The notes beneath the pieces are model-generated. The model saw only the letters and a list, made by a program, of their open reading frames with translations, had not been told where the DNA came from and made no database searches. Of a stretch of 64,000 bases of DNA, positions 1 through 9,419 are shown one piece after another. Source of the DNA: Thermodesulfobacteriota bacterium (GTDB lineage Bacteria; Desulfobacterota; QYQD01); NCBI GenBank assembly GCA_031082315.1, contig JAVHLC010000011.1:35117-99116 (forward strand). The letters run 5' to 3'. Every line of letters begins with the position of its first letter. Positions within the stretch are counted from its first letter, which is position 1. The translations under genes were made by a program, and so were the position numbers.

Positions 1-635
1 GGGAGGATATATACCGTGAAGCGCGGCGGAAAGGGGTGCTGTTCGTCCGCTACGGCCTTGAGAATAAGCCGCTGGTTGAGGAAGTCGATGGCGAACTCAG
101 GGTTACGGTGACTGACCATGTACTGGGGAGGCCGCTGGTCATCAGGCCTGATTTCATCACCCTGATGACCGCCATCATTCCGTCCGGCCACAAAGAACTG
201 GCGAAAGCCTTCAAGGTCCCTACGAACGCGGAGGGATTCTTCTTCGAAGCGCACATGAAGCTGCGCCCGGTGGACTTTGTCACTGAAGGCCTGTTCGTCT
301 GCGGACTGGCACACTACCCTAAACCCATAGATGAAACCATTGCTCAGGCCCAGGCTGTAGCCGCTAGGGCCATGACTATTTTGTCCAAAGATGAGACCAT
401 TGCGGGCGGGATGGTGGCCGAGGTGGACCAGGAGAACTGCGCGGCCTGCCTGACCTGTGTCCGTACCTGTCCTTACCACGTTCCGTTTATTAACCGCCAC
501 GGAGTGTCCGAGATCGATGCTGCGAAATGCCAGGGATGTGGATGTTGCGCATCTGAATGCCCTGCGGGCGCGATAACGCTGCACCACTTTACGGATGAGG
601 AGATTGCGGCGAAGGTGGGGGCCCTGTTTAAATAA
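1..635 (+). CDS. hdrA: Heterodisulfide reductase subunit A-like protein, C-terminal fragment (5' end outside window)
   Basis: Frame is open from the window edge (EDIYREARRKGVLFVRY...). Two C-terminal ferredoxin motifs (CAACLTCVRTCP, CQGCGCCASECP). mvhD follows immediately. Confidence 0.75.
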   Translation, partial: EDIYREARRKGVLFVRYGLENKPLVEEVDGELRVTVTDHVLGRPLVIRPDFITLMTAIIPSGHKELAKAFKVPTNAEGFFFEAHMKLRPVDFVTEGLFVCGLAHYPKPIDETIAQAQAVAARAMTILSKDETIAGGMVAEVDQENCAACLTCVRTCPYHVPFINRHGVSEIDAAKCQGCGCCASECPAGAITLHHFTDEEIAAKVGALFK

Positions 636-677
636 TAAGGGTGGGGAAAAAGGACTAAATAATGAGAGCGCACAGCC

Positions 678-1118
678 ATGTCTGAGAACTTTGAACCACG
701 CATTGTAGCCTTTTGTTGCCAGTATTGTTCGTATTCGGCGGCAGATCTGGCAGGCTCTATGAGGCTTTCCTATCCACCCAATGTAAAGGTGGTGCTCGTC
801 CCGTGTACAGGCCGTGTCGATCCGCTCCATATCCTGAGAACGATTGAGAATGGTGCGGATGGCGTCTGCGTGGCTGGTTGCCTGGAAGGAGACTGTCATT
901 TTCTGGAGGGGAATTTCAAGGCCAAGAAGCGGGTGGCCTACGTGCAGAGAATTCTGAGCGAGGCCGGCGTAGAGGGCGCGCGGGTGAGGATGTTCAATAT
1001 CGCGGCCTCGGATGGGCCGGGTTTTGCTGAGGCCGCCAGGATAATGACCGAGACGATCAGGGCGTTGGGTCCAAACCCCCTGTCGATAAAGACCGAGAAG
1101 ATGTCTGAGGAGTTATAG
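678..1118 (+). CDS. mvhD: Methyl-viologen-reducing hydrogenase delta subunit-like protein
   Basis: IVAFCCQYCSY...LVPCTGRVD...CVAGCLEGDCHF is the MvhD/FlpD Cys pattern. Sits between hdrA and metV. Confidence 0.85.
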   Translation: MSENFEPRIVAFCCQYCSYSAADLAGSMRLSYPPNVKVVLVPCTGRVDPLHILRTIENGADGVCVAGCLEGDCHFLEGNFKAKKRVAYVQRILSEAGVEGARVRMFNIAASDGPGFAEAARIMTETIRALGPNPLSIKTEKMSEEL

Positions 1119-1126
1119 GTGTCATA

Positions 1127-1801
1127 ATGATTATCGCAGAACGGAAGCCGATTAAAGAATTGCTTGAAATGCTTGCCGGGCACGACCGGGTTCTCCTCGT
1201 GGGATGTAAGGGGTGCGTGACCGTGTGTAATGCGGGCGGGGTAAGAGAGGTCGGTGTACTGGCCTCAGCCCTCCGTATCGCCCGGAGGCGGCAGGGGAGA
1301 CCGATCGAGATTGATGAAATGACGCTGGACCGGCAGTGTGAGCCGGAGTTTATCTCCTGGCTGGAGGAACCCTTGCGGGAAAATGGCTATACAGCGGTTA
1401 TGTCTGCGGCCTGCAGTGTAGGACCGCAATACATAGCGGAACGGTTTGACAATGTGGCCGTTATGCCGGCATTGAACACCAAGTTCATCGGGGGAACGCT
1501 TGAGCACGGGGTCTGGGCCGAGTTTTGCCGGGCGTGTGGTAATTGCGGGATACACAATTTTGGAGGCCTATGCCCTATTACCCGGTGTTCCAAGGGACTC
1601 TTACATGGTCCGTGCGCGGGATCGTCGGGGGGTAAATGTGAGGTGCGCCCGGAAGTAGATTGCATATGGCATCTCATTTATACGCGCATGAAGAATCTCG
1701 GCCAGGTCGATAAACTCAAGGCCCTGAAACCGGCCAAGAACTGGTCCGGCTACTGGAGCGGTGGCGTGCGCAGGGTTGTGCGGGAGGACTTAACTCTATG
1801 A
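1127..1801 (+). CDS. metV: Methylenetetrahydrofolate reductase C-terminal-domain protein (MetV-like, Cys-rich)
   Basis: Cys-rich motifs (GCKGCVTVC, CRACGNCG, CPITRC). 4-nt overlap with metF start. Confidence 0.7.
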   Translation: MIIAERKPIKELLEMLAGHDRVLLVGCKGCVTVCNAGGVREVGVLASALRIARRRQGRPIEIDEMTLDRQCEPEFISWLEEPLRENGYTAVMSAACSVGPQYIAERFDNVAVMPALNTKFIGGTLEHGVWAEFCRACGNCGIHNFGGLCPITRCSKGLLHGPCAGSSGGKCEVRPEVDCIWHLIYTRMKNLGQVDKLKALKPAKNWSGYWSGGVRRVVREDLTL

Positions 1802-2724
1802 AGGCAGGAAGCAACCTCGAAAGGCTCTTGAAAAGCGGTCAATTTACGATCACTGCCGAATTTGTCCCGCCCGCGACGGGAGACCGGGGGTTAATTGAAC
1901 GGCAGGCCCGTTACTTTAAAGGTCATGTGGATGCCGTAAGCGTGGCGGACAATATGGGCGCCGTGGTAGGTACGGCGAGCTGTGCGGTATCCAAGGCGCT
2001 CCTGGACCTGGGTCTGGAACCGATCATGTCTTTGGTCACACGTGACCGGAACCGCATCGCCCTGCAAAGTGACCTCTTGGGGGCCTCGCTCCTGGGCATT
2101 CGAAATGTCTTCTGTACCACCGGCGACCATCAGAAATTTGGAGATCACCCTGAGGCCCTGAACGTCTATGATATCGACTCCGTGCAACTCGTGAATGCGG
2201 TGAGAGGACTGTCCGACAGCGGGAAACTGCTGGGAGGGGCGGTGTGTGATAAGGCGGGGTCATTCTTCGTAGGCGCGGCAGCCAACCCGTTCGGTGATCC
2301 GGCCGATCTTATGATCCTCCGCCTGGGTCAAAAAGTGAGGGCTGGAGCGGATTTTATTCAGTCCCAACCTGTTTTTGATCTGGAGAAGTTCGGGCATTGG
2401 GTGCAACTGGCGAGAGAAGAAGGCCTTATTGAAAAGTGCTTCATCCTGGCTACGGTAATGCCGCTTCGGTCGGCGCGTGAAGCGCGGGCAATCAATGAGA
2501 GAAGACGGGGTATCGAGGTCTCTAAAGAAATTATTGCCCGGCTGGAAGGCGTGCCGGAGCCGGAGCAGGCGCGGGAAGGGCTTAGAATCTGTGCCGAGCA
2601 GATTCAGGCCCTCAAAGAGATGAAAGGTGTTCAGGGTGTTCATATCATGAGTGCGGGGCGGGAAGAGGTGATCCCTGAACTAATTAAGGAAAGCGGCCTG
2701 GAGACGGCACGAGCAAGGGACTAG
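1798..2724 (+). CDS. metF: 5,10-methylenetetrahydrofolate reductase
   Basis: 308 aa with a MetF-like TIM-barrel sequence (FTITAEFVPP..., VSVADN, GADFIQSQPVFD). Translationally coupled to metV. Confidence 0.85.
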   Translation: MKAGSNLERLLKSGQFTITAEFVPPATGDRGLIERQARYFKGHVDAVSVADNMGAVVGTASCAVSKALLDLGLEPIMSLVTRDRNRIALQSDLLGASLLGIRNVFCTTGDHQKFGDHPEALNVYDIDSVQLVNAVRGLSDSGKLLGGAVCDKAGSFFVGAAANPFGDPADLMILRLGQKVRAGADFIQSQPVFDLEKFGHWVQLAREEGLIEKCFILATVMPLRSAREARAINERRRGIEVSKEIIARLEGVPEPEQAREGLRICAEQIQALKEMKGVQGVHIMSAGREEVIPELIKESGLETARARD

Positions 2725-2765
2725 CCGTACCGGGAACATTTAGCCGGCGGGAGGATTTTTACCGG

Positions 2766-4016
2766 ATGTCTCAACCAATTGTCATAGGAAAACGTAAATC
2801 CAGATTCAAGGAACTGGCGCAGGCCGCGATCCCTGGAGGGGGCAACCTGGATCTCTGCCTCACTTGCAGTTCTTGTGTCAATGGGTGCCCGGCCTCAGGC
2901 ATCAGCGATATGGACCCCAGGAAGTTCCTGAGGATGGTGCTCCTCGGACTGGACGAAGAGGTTCTCCAGACTCCCTGGATCTGGTGGTGTTCTATGTGCC
3001 AGAGGTGCAGGCGTGCCTGTCCCATGGGCGTGGATATTGGAGCGTTGGTGTTCATGGCCCGTCAGCAATGGTCGCGGGAAAATACACCAAAAGGGATTCA
3101 GAAGTCATGTGACTTGCACCTCGAGTTTGGTAACAGCACGGGAATTCGCAGGGAAGATTGGGTTTCACTTTGTGCGGAGCTGGCTGAGGAGACCAGACAG
3201 CAGGAAGAGGACTGGAAGGATTTGCCGGCTCCCATGGATAAAAAAGGGGCTGGGTATTATCTCAACCAGAACGCCAAAGAACCCACTGTCGAACCTGAGG
3301 AGATGATACCCTTGTGGAAGATACTCCATGAGGTGGGCATTGATTGGACGTATTCATCCGAACAATGGGATGCCGTGAATTACTGTATGTTTTCCGGGGA
3401 TGACCGGGACTGGGAGGCGGTAGTCAGAAGACAGTCCGAAATAGTGAACGACCTGGGCTGTAAGACGCTTATAAATACCGAGTGAGGCCACGCATTTTAC
3501 GCGGTCCAGGCTGGACTGCAGAGATTCAATATCCCTCATAACTGGAAGTTTGAGAGTATAATCACCCTGTACGCCGCATGGATCCGTGATGGCAGTCTCG
3601 TGGTAGATCCGTCATGGAATAAAGAAGGCATTAAAGTGACCTGCCAGGACCCCTGTAACCTGGTACGAAAGGGTCTGGGTGACAGCGTGGCGGATGACCT
3701 GCGTTTTGTCATCAAACATGTGGCAGGCGAAGAGAATTTTGTGGATATGTGGCCGAACAAATCCAATAATTACTGCTGCGGCGGCGGCGGCGGTTATCTC
3801 CAGTCAGGATTTGTCGAGAAACGCCGGGCCTTTGGAAGAATTAAATTTGACCAGATACAGGCCACCGGCGCTGATATCGTGGTGACGCCCTGTCATAATT
3901 GCCGCTCGCAGATAACGGATATAGGCCAGGTGTACGGCGGCAAGTATCAGACTGTACATCTGTGGAGCCTGATCGTTAAGGCGATGGTCCGCAAGTCCAC
4001 GGCAACACCCGGCTAA
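2766..4016 (+). CDS. Fused HdrC/HdrB-like (GlpC-like) Fe-S oxidoreductase, predicted selenoprotein with in-frame UGA at 3483-3485
   Basis: ORFs 2766-3485 and 3600-4016 share a frame, and no other stop lies between 3486 and 3599. N-terminal part has 2x[4Fe-4S] motifs (CLTCSSCVNGCP, CSMCQRCRRACP). C-terminal part has a CCG domain (YCCGGGGG, TPCHNCRSQ). The UGA sits in INTE-U-GHAFYA. Confidence 0.65.
3501..3519 (+). promoter_or_regulatory. Candidate bacterial SECIS hairpin
   Basis: GCGGUCC-AGGCU-GGACUGC: 7-bp stem including one G.U pair. G-containing apical loop lies about 25 nt downstream of the UGA. Confidence 0.45.
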
Positions 4017-4296
4017 ACCTTACTTAGCTCCCATCCAAAAACCATGCCCATCCCATTGTAGGAGCACCTTCCAGGTGCGAACAAATGCCCGTCGCAGCAG
4101 GATGCTGCTCCTACGGCGGCAGGCAGGCCTAATACGGCAAGGGGGATTTTGGGATTTCCGGATGAAAACCGCTTAATTTTCACTTTCCAAAATCTCTTTG
4201 TTCATGTCATAATCAACGGCGATGTCTTAAAGTTAATCTGAATAAGGGTCGAAAAGACTTAGGAGATCGTCTTTTGATGCACAAGGAGGCGCCTTT

Positions 4297-5892
4297 ATGG
4301 CCAAGAAAAGCAGTGAAATCAAAAACGTGTGGATGGTTACACGTGAATACGATGGACTGGCGGGCGCCGGGGGGGTAAAGGACGTATGCAAGCAACTCTC
4401 CCATGCCCTGGCCCGTGCCGGGATTAAGATTACGGTGGTCATGCCGCTTTACGGGATGATGAATAAGGAGAGATTAAATCTGAAGCCGACCTCTTATTCC
4501 TTCAACGTAAGAATGGATTATACCGGTGAAGAGCGGCAGGAAGAGGTGTGTATCTGGAACCTGACGCAGGGCAAGGTCCGGATTTTATTTGTGGATAGCG
4601 CCCGTTTCAGCGAAAAGAAAAGCGTTTATACTTATACTGCCGAGGAAGAGGCGCAGGATCCCAGCCACAAACAGGGCGCAGGCCATTATGACTATTTTGC
4701 CATGAATGTCTTGCTGCAAAAAGCAGCCCTCGAACTGATGATCTATATGGATGAAAGGCCTGAAATCATCCACTGTCAGGACGGGCATACGGCTATTATG
4801 CCGGCCATAATCCGCGAAGTCGATGGATACCGGGCCTATTTTGCAGGGACGGGCGCCCTGGTTACGGTGCATAATGCGGGGGTCGGTTATCACCAAGAGG
4901 TGGGCGACCTGTCTTTTGCCAGGGCTATTACCGGGTTGCCGGGATATGTCATTGAACATTCCTTGCTTCATAATGCCTTTGATCCTTTTATTGCGGCAGC
5001 GCGCTATGCAGTTATAAATACGGTGAGCGAAAACTATGCGCGGGAGCTTCAGGAAACGGAGGCAGATCGTCTTACCGGCTGGCTGGGCCATAGCTTGAAG
5101 TCCAGAGGAATAGTCCTTGAGGGTGTAACGAATGGCATTGACCCGGAGGATTTTGATCCGGAAAAACCGGAGAAGCTGGGTATTCCGGCGGCCTTCAGCC
5201 CATTAAAGGACGATTTTCAGGGCAAAGAAATCTGCAAGAAGACCCTTATCGAGGATATAAACAGGCGTAAGTTTGAGAAAGTAAACGCCATCGGCCGGAT
5301 TGATTATGCGGCAGGCAAACCCCTTTTGACTATGGTGGGCCGGCTGACAGAACAAAAAGGCGTGGACATCCTGGTTCGGGCCTTACAGATGCTGATGCCA
5401 AAAGACAAAGAGTTTCAGGCGCTGATCCTGGGTAGCGGCTCCAGGCATATAGAGAACTCTCTGGCCACCTTGGCCGGCCTGTCGGAGAATAGGGGGCGTA
5501 TGGCGGTTCTCTTTGGTTATGATCCGGTATTGGCCAACCAGATTTATGCGGCAGGGGACTTTTTTGTCATCCCTTCACAATATGAACCCTGTGGACTTAC
5601 CGATTTTATGGCCCAGTTAATGGGTAACGTCCCCATTGTCCATCTGACCGGCGGTCTGGTTAAGGTTATCGACGGGCAGACCGGCTTTGGTTATTCAGAT
5701 CATAACCCGGAAGCCCTGGTTCAAACTATCAGAAAGGCCCTGGCTATTTATCGGGACACCCCGGCAGTTTTACGGCAAATACAGCGTAAGGCCGTGGAAA
5801 CTATAGATAGCCATTATACCTGGGACAGAGTACTGGGTCGCTATAAAAGTCTTTATAAAAAAGCACAGAATATGAGTAAATTAATTGGATAA
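4297..5892 (+). CDS. glgA: Glycogen/starch synthase (ADP-glucose type)
   Basis: 531 aa. N-terminal EYDGLAGAGGVKDV (KxGGL-like motif) and GT1 C-terminal domain (PSQYEPCGLTDF). Confidence 0.9.
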   Translation: MAKKSSEIKNVWMVTREYDGLAGAGGVKDVCKQLSHALARAGIKITVVMPLYGMMNKERLNLKPTSYSFNVRMDYTGEERQEEVCIWNLTQGKVRILFVDSARFSEKKSVYTYTAEEEAQDPSHKQGAGHYDYFAMNVLLQKAALELMIYMDERPEIIHCQDGHTAIMPAIIREVDGYRAYFAGTGALVTVHNAGVGYHQEVGDLSFARAITGLPGYVIEHSLLHNAFDPFIAAARYAVINTVSENYARELQETEADRLTGWLGHSLKSRGIVLEGVTNGIDPEDFDPEKPEKLGIPAAFSPLKDDFQGKEICKKTLIEDINRRKFEKVNAIGRIDYAAGKPLLTMVGRLTEQKGVDILVRALQMLMPKDKEFQALILGSGSRHIENSLATLAGLSENRGRMAVLFGYDPVLANQIYAAGDFFVIPSQYEPCGLTDFMAQLMGNVPIVHLTGGLVKVIDGQTGFGYSDHNPEALVQTIRKALAIYRDTPAVLRQIQRKAVETIDSHYTWDRVLGRYKSLYKKAQNMSKLIG

Positions 5893-6000
5893 CTTTAAGT
5901 AAAATATTAATAGATATTGGGCGTTCAAGGTTCGATTTGTTCGAGTCGTTCGAACATGTCGGACCTTTCAAACGTTTTTTGACCCCCGACCCTCGACTTC

Positions 6001-6789
6001 TTAAGGACTGCTTTTTATAATATCTTTTATAGCCTGCATGCCCTGTTGGACTTCCTTACTGTCCGGGTTAATATCCAGGGCCTTTTGATATGTATCCAGG
6101 GACTTTTCCATCCAGTTTCCTTCCCGATAACTTTCGGCAGCCAGGCAGTAACCTCTTTCCTTCTGACCGGAAAACATCTCCTCAAAAAGCCGGGGTATGG
6201 AATTTATCCCCCAGATCCGGTCAAATTCGGGCTCATTTTCTATTAATAGACGAAGCACAAGGTGGTTATCCGGGTATTTCAGCAAGACTTTATGCAATTG
6301 TCCGGCTGCCCTTAAAAAGAGGCGATTCAGATGGCCCATCGCCAAATTGACCTCTGCGGTTGTTTTTTCAAAAAGTTCCAAATAATCATCCATGCCTTGA
6401 TTTTCTGTAAATTTCTTATGTTGATAGATCATTTTTTCATAAGCCGGTTTATAATGTTGCAATAAGTAAATATTTTCTTTGAGCTTCATGCCCTCGTGGA
6501 AGATAGAGCCAACGAGCCAATCCAGAAGGGCGCACTCGACGTCCATTTGCTCCTCATCGCCCCACACCGCATGACAGAGGTCTTTGAACTGCCACAGGGG
6601 CCCCTTCCGCACCTCGGTGCCGATCCAGTAGTCCATATTTTTAAAGGACATCTCTGCGCTCTCATTATATGTCTTGTATAGTTGTTCAAAAAAATTTAAG
6701 GTTTTTAGAAAGTCACGTATGGCATTTCGGACAAAGATGTCTTTATGTTCTTCAAACCAGTTATTGCGGGCCGACTTCTTATTGGTCAC
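6001..6789 (-). CDS. Hypothetical protein with C-terminal TPR-like repeat
   Basis: 262-aa ORF whose start overlaps the radical SAM gene stop by 4 nt. No recognisable catalytic motif. Confidence 0.5.
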   Translation of the reverse strand: MTNKKSARNNWFEEHKDIFVRNAIRDFLKTLNFFEQLYKTYNESAEMSFKNMDYWIGTEVRKGPLWQFKDLCHAVWGDEEQMDVECALLDWLVGSIFHEGMKLKENIYLLQHYKPAYEKMIYQHKKFTENQGMDDYLELFEKTTAEVNLAMGHLNRLFLRAAGQLHKVLLKYPDNHLVLRLLIENEPEFDRIWGINSIPRLFEEMFSGQKERGYCLAAESYREGNWMEKSLDTYQKALDINPDSKEVQQGMQAIKDIIKSSP

Positions 6790-8594
6790 TCCCTGAGTCC
6801 TCCTTCTCTGACCGCCAGGCTAAGATATTGATCATTTTCTTTCAACATAATACGTTTTTGTACTAATTCATTAAAAAACTTTTGTAAAGACTCCAGCGAG
6901 CAGCCAGGAAATCCCTCTTTTATATCCTTGAGTGATTTTATGGTCGTACAGTAGAGATATACATTGCGGGAGGGACCGTGGAGTCTATGGATTTGAACAC
7001 TACCATCTGATCTTATCTGTCGTATGCTGAGAAACCTGCCCCCATCCCGGTAAGAGAGAAGGGGTTGCGACGGATATTGGTTTCGCAGAAGAAAATAGTC
7101 TTTCCGCCACATTTCCACCTTTTTTGCTACCGGTCTCCATAAGGTATATTGTCGGGATCTATCGCCCCGATGAGCCTGCTGTATTAGTATTAGTCGTGCA
7201 AAGAGTTCCTTTGACAAAAACGATTTATACAGGTGGTGATTGCCTGTCCGTTTAACCCCGAATTCTTTGGCAGTACAAAAGACCGGACTGCCGTAGCCCA
7301 ACCAGAAAGACGCCATTTTTAATGGATAAAAAGGCCATACGAAATCGAGGGCGTCCAGTGTTTCTTTCACTTCAGCCGGTGAGCTGCCAGGAAACATGGT
7401 GATCAGGTTGCCGGATTGAATAATGCCCAGCTCTTCGCAGTGCCTCATGGTCTCTATATTCTGGAGGGCTGTGGTTCCTTTGCCCATTCGTTTTAGCAGA
7501 GAAGAACTTAAGGCCTCGATGCCGATCTGGACCGTTTTCAGCCCGCCTTCGCGCATTAAGGCCAGGGCTTGGGCGGATTGTCCGGCGCGCAGCTCGGCGA
7601 AGATGCCAAGGTCTTTTTCCAATGTGGTGAGGGCGGTAAAAAGCTCCGGCCCCTGATGAGGCGGCAGCGCATTGTCGGTGAAGGCCAGATCAATGGACGG
7701 ATAGCGATCGGTCAGGTCCTTGATCTCCCCTACCATCTGAGGTACAGATTTCTTTCTATAGCTGTGCCATTGGAGGTTAAGGTTACAAAAGCGGCATTTC
7801 CGCCACCAGCAGCCGCGTGAAAACTCTACCGGCAGGACCGGCAGGAATGGAATCCGGGGGGATATATCCTGTAGGAGGTTAAAATAATCCCCATAATCCG
7901 GCGGCGGAAGTGAGCTTAAGGCGTTGATCTCATCATAACTCCCCCCTGATACCATGCCCTGGCTGTTACGGTAAAAGACCCCGGGTCCTGGTTTATCGAC
8001 CTCCCCCTTAAGAAGACGTACAATGGATAAGAGGGGTTTTTCGCCTTCACCGGAGACGACAAAATCTATCTCCGGCAAGCTGGAGAGAATGGCCCGTCCC
8101 ATCTCGCCCGAACAGCTTGAACCGCCGGCTACAATGGTTATCTCTGGAAATCTCGCCTTCAGGGTACGTATGGCGTAGAGTGAAGATGTAAGCTGATTAA
8201 GGCAGATAGAGAAGCCTATTAGGTTGAACTGCCTCCAATCCCTCGACCGTATAAAAGCTTCATGGTGATCGCTGAGTTTAGACTTAAGAGCGGAGAGATC
8301 AAAATGAAGTTTATATTTTTTAGACCTTTTTTGTTTGTTTATTAAGGAATGAATCGATGTATTTTTTTCCGGAAAGAGGAGTGAGGCATAGATAGCCTCG
8401 GTAATCCAGCTATGTTTTGAAATCTCGTGGTAGAGTTCAAAACCGATCTGGGCGGCGACTTCCAGATAAATCGGGTAAGTGGAGATATCGAGGGCATCAT
8501 CCTGCGATGCAAGGTAGGATTTAAGCGCACCGAGTTGTATGGAGGGCCGGTTAAATAGCGGCCAGGGCATGGAAATTAGGGCTATCCGGAACAT
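6786..8594 (-). CDS. B12-binding-domain radical SAM protein (RiPP-maturase-like)
   Basis: N-terminal B12-binding-like region (GFSICLNQL...VAGGSSCSG). Cluster motif is SRGCWWRKCRFCNLN. C-terminal ~90 aa looks like a winged-helix / RRE-type extension. Confidence 0.8.
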   Translation of the reverse strand: MFRIALISMPWPLFNRPSIQLGALKSYLASQDDALDISTYPIYLEVAAQIGFELYHEISKHSWITEAIYASLLFPEKNTSIHSLINKQKRSKKYKLHFDLSALKSKLSDHHEAFIRSRDWRQFNLIGFSICLNQLTSSLYAIRTLKARFPEITIVAGGSSCSGEMGRAILSSLPEIDFVVSGEGEKPLLSIVRLLKGEVDKPGPGVFYRNSQGMVSGGSYDEINALSSLPPPDYGDYFNLLQDISPRIPFLPVLPVEFSRGCWWRKCRFCNLNLQWHSYRKKSVPQMVGEIKDLTDRYPSIDLAFTDNALPPHQGPELFTALTTLEKDLGIFAELRAGQSAQALALMREGGLKTVQIGIEALSSSLLKRMGKGTTALQNIETMRHCEELGIIQSGNLITMFPGSSPAEVKETLDALDFVWPFYPLKMASFWLGYGSPVFCTAKEFGVKRTGNHHLYKSFLSKELFARLILIQQAHRGDRSRQYTLWRPVAKKVEMWRKDYFLLRNQYPSQPLLSYRDGGRFLSIRQIRSDGSVQIHRLHGPSRNVYLYCTTIKSLKDIKEGFPGCSLESLQKFFNELVQKRIMLKENDQYLSLAVREGGLRE

Positions 8595-9130
8595 TTCCTG
8601 TCAGCATGAACATGCATAGCGAGCGCATTCCCCGTTGCTTGCCATCCAGGTCCGACACTGGCGGGCAGCGGGGTTAGCGAGCGAATACGATGCATTTTAC
8701 CTTGCATACGGAGATTCCCCGCAGCTTGCTGCGGGGGGGCTTCAACATGGCTTAACGATAATGAGACCTTCCGGGCGGGGGCCTTTTTGTCCGGCTGTTT
8801 ATAATGCATCCTGTAATCTTCAATGGCCAGCATGAGGCCAAAGGCGATGGCTAAGACCAGAAATATCTTGATGATCCGTGGCCAGGATGGCCTTGTCTTT
8901 TCGATCCAGACAAGGAGTCTAACCAGAAGCCGGGTAAAAATCGCAGCCAGGCCTGAAGACCAGAAAATCTTTATTCCGGTTTCGCACATAGAGCGGCCAA
9001 CGTCTCCGGGGTAATAACGCAGGGCGATGAAAAACCAGCCTAAGGCGCAAACGGCCACAATGATCTTATCCCGTGTAGTCCAGATAGGGTTAAGAGACTC
9101 AGATTTTGTTGCCACTATCCCGTCCTTCAA
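8582..9130 (-). CDS. Small membrane protein; its 3' third is read through repeat R1
   Basis: 3-4 hydrophobic helices in the first ~110 aa. The last ~50 codons (SHVEAPPQQAAGNLRMQGKMHRIRS...) are encoded by the R1 repeat, so the native C-terminus is uncertain. Confidence 0.4.
   Translation of the reverse strand: MKDGIVATKSESLNPIWTTRDKIIVAVCALGWFFIALRYYPGDVGRSMCETGIKIFWSSGLAAIFTRLLVRLLVWIEKTRPSWPRIIKIFLVLAIAFGLMLAIEDYRMHYKQPDKKAPARKVSLSLSHVEAPPQQAAGNLRMQGKMHRIRSLTPLPASVGPGWQATGNALAMHVHADRKCSG
8607..8745 (+). repeat. Repeat family R1, long form (copy a)
   Basis: TGAACATGCATAGCGAGCG...GCATACGGAGATTCCCC-[hairpin]-GCTTCAA. About 90% identical to 41231-41376. Confidence 0.85.
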
Positions 9131-9419
9131 AACCTAACCACAGAGAACACAGAGTTTTTGAAATTTAAAATTTTTTCTCCGTGTTTTCCGTGGTAAAATT
9201 TTTCCTTTTTTCTCTTATTGATCCCTGTAATATTATTGTCATTCCGGGCTTGACCCGGAATCCAGTCTTTTTTCTCTGGATTCCCGCTTTCGAGGGAATG
9301 ACGATAAACGGACATTTATTATGCAGCATTCAATAATTGCTATCTTTTTTTTGATTTCTTGATAAATATTTAGTTTTCTCCGTGCACTCTGTGGTTATTT
9401 TTATAAAACTTTTGTATTT

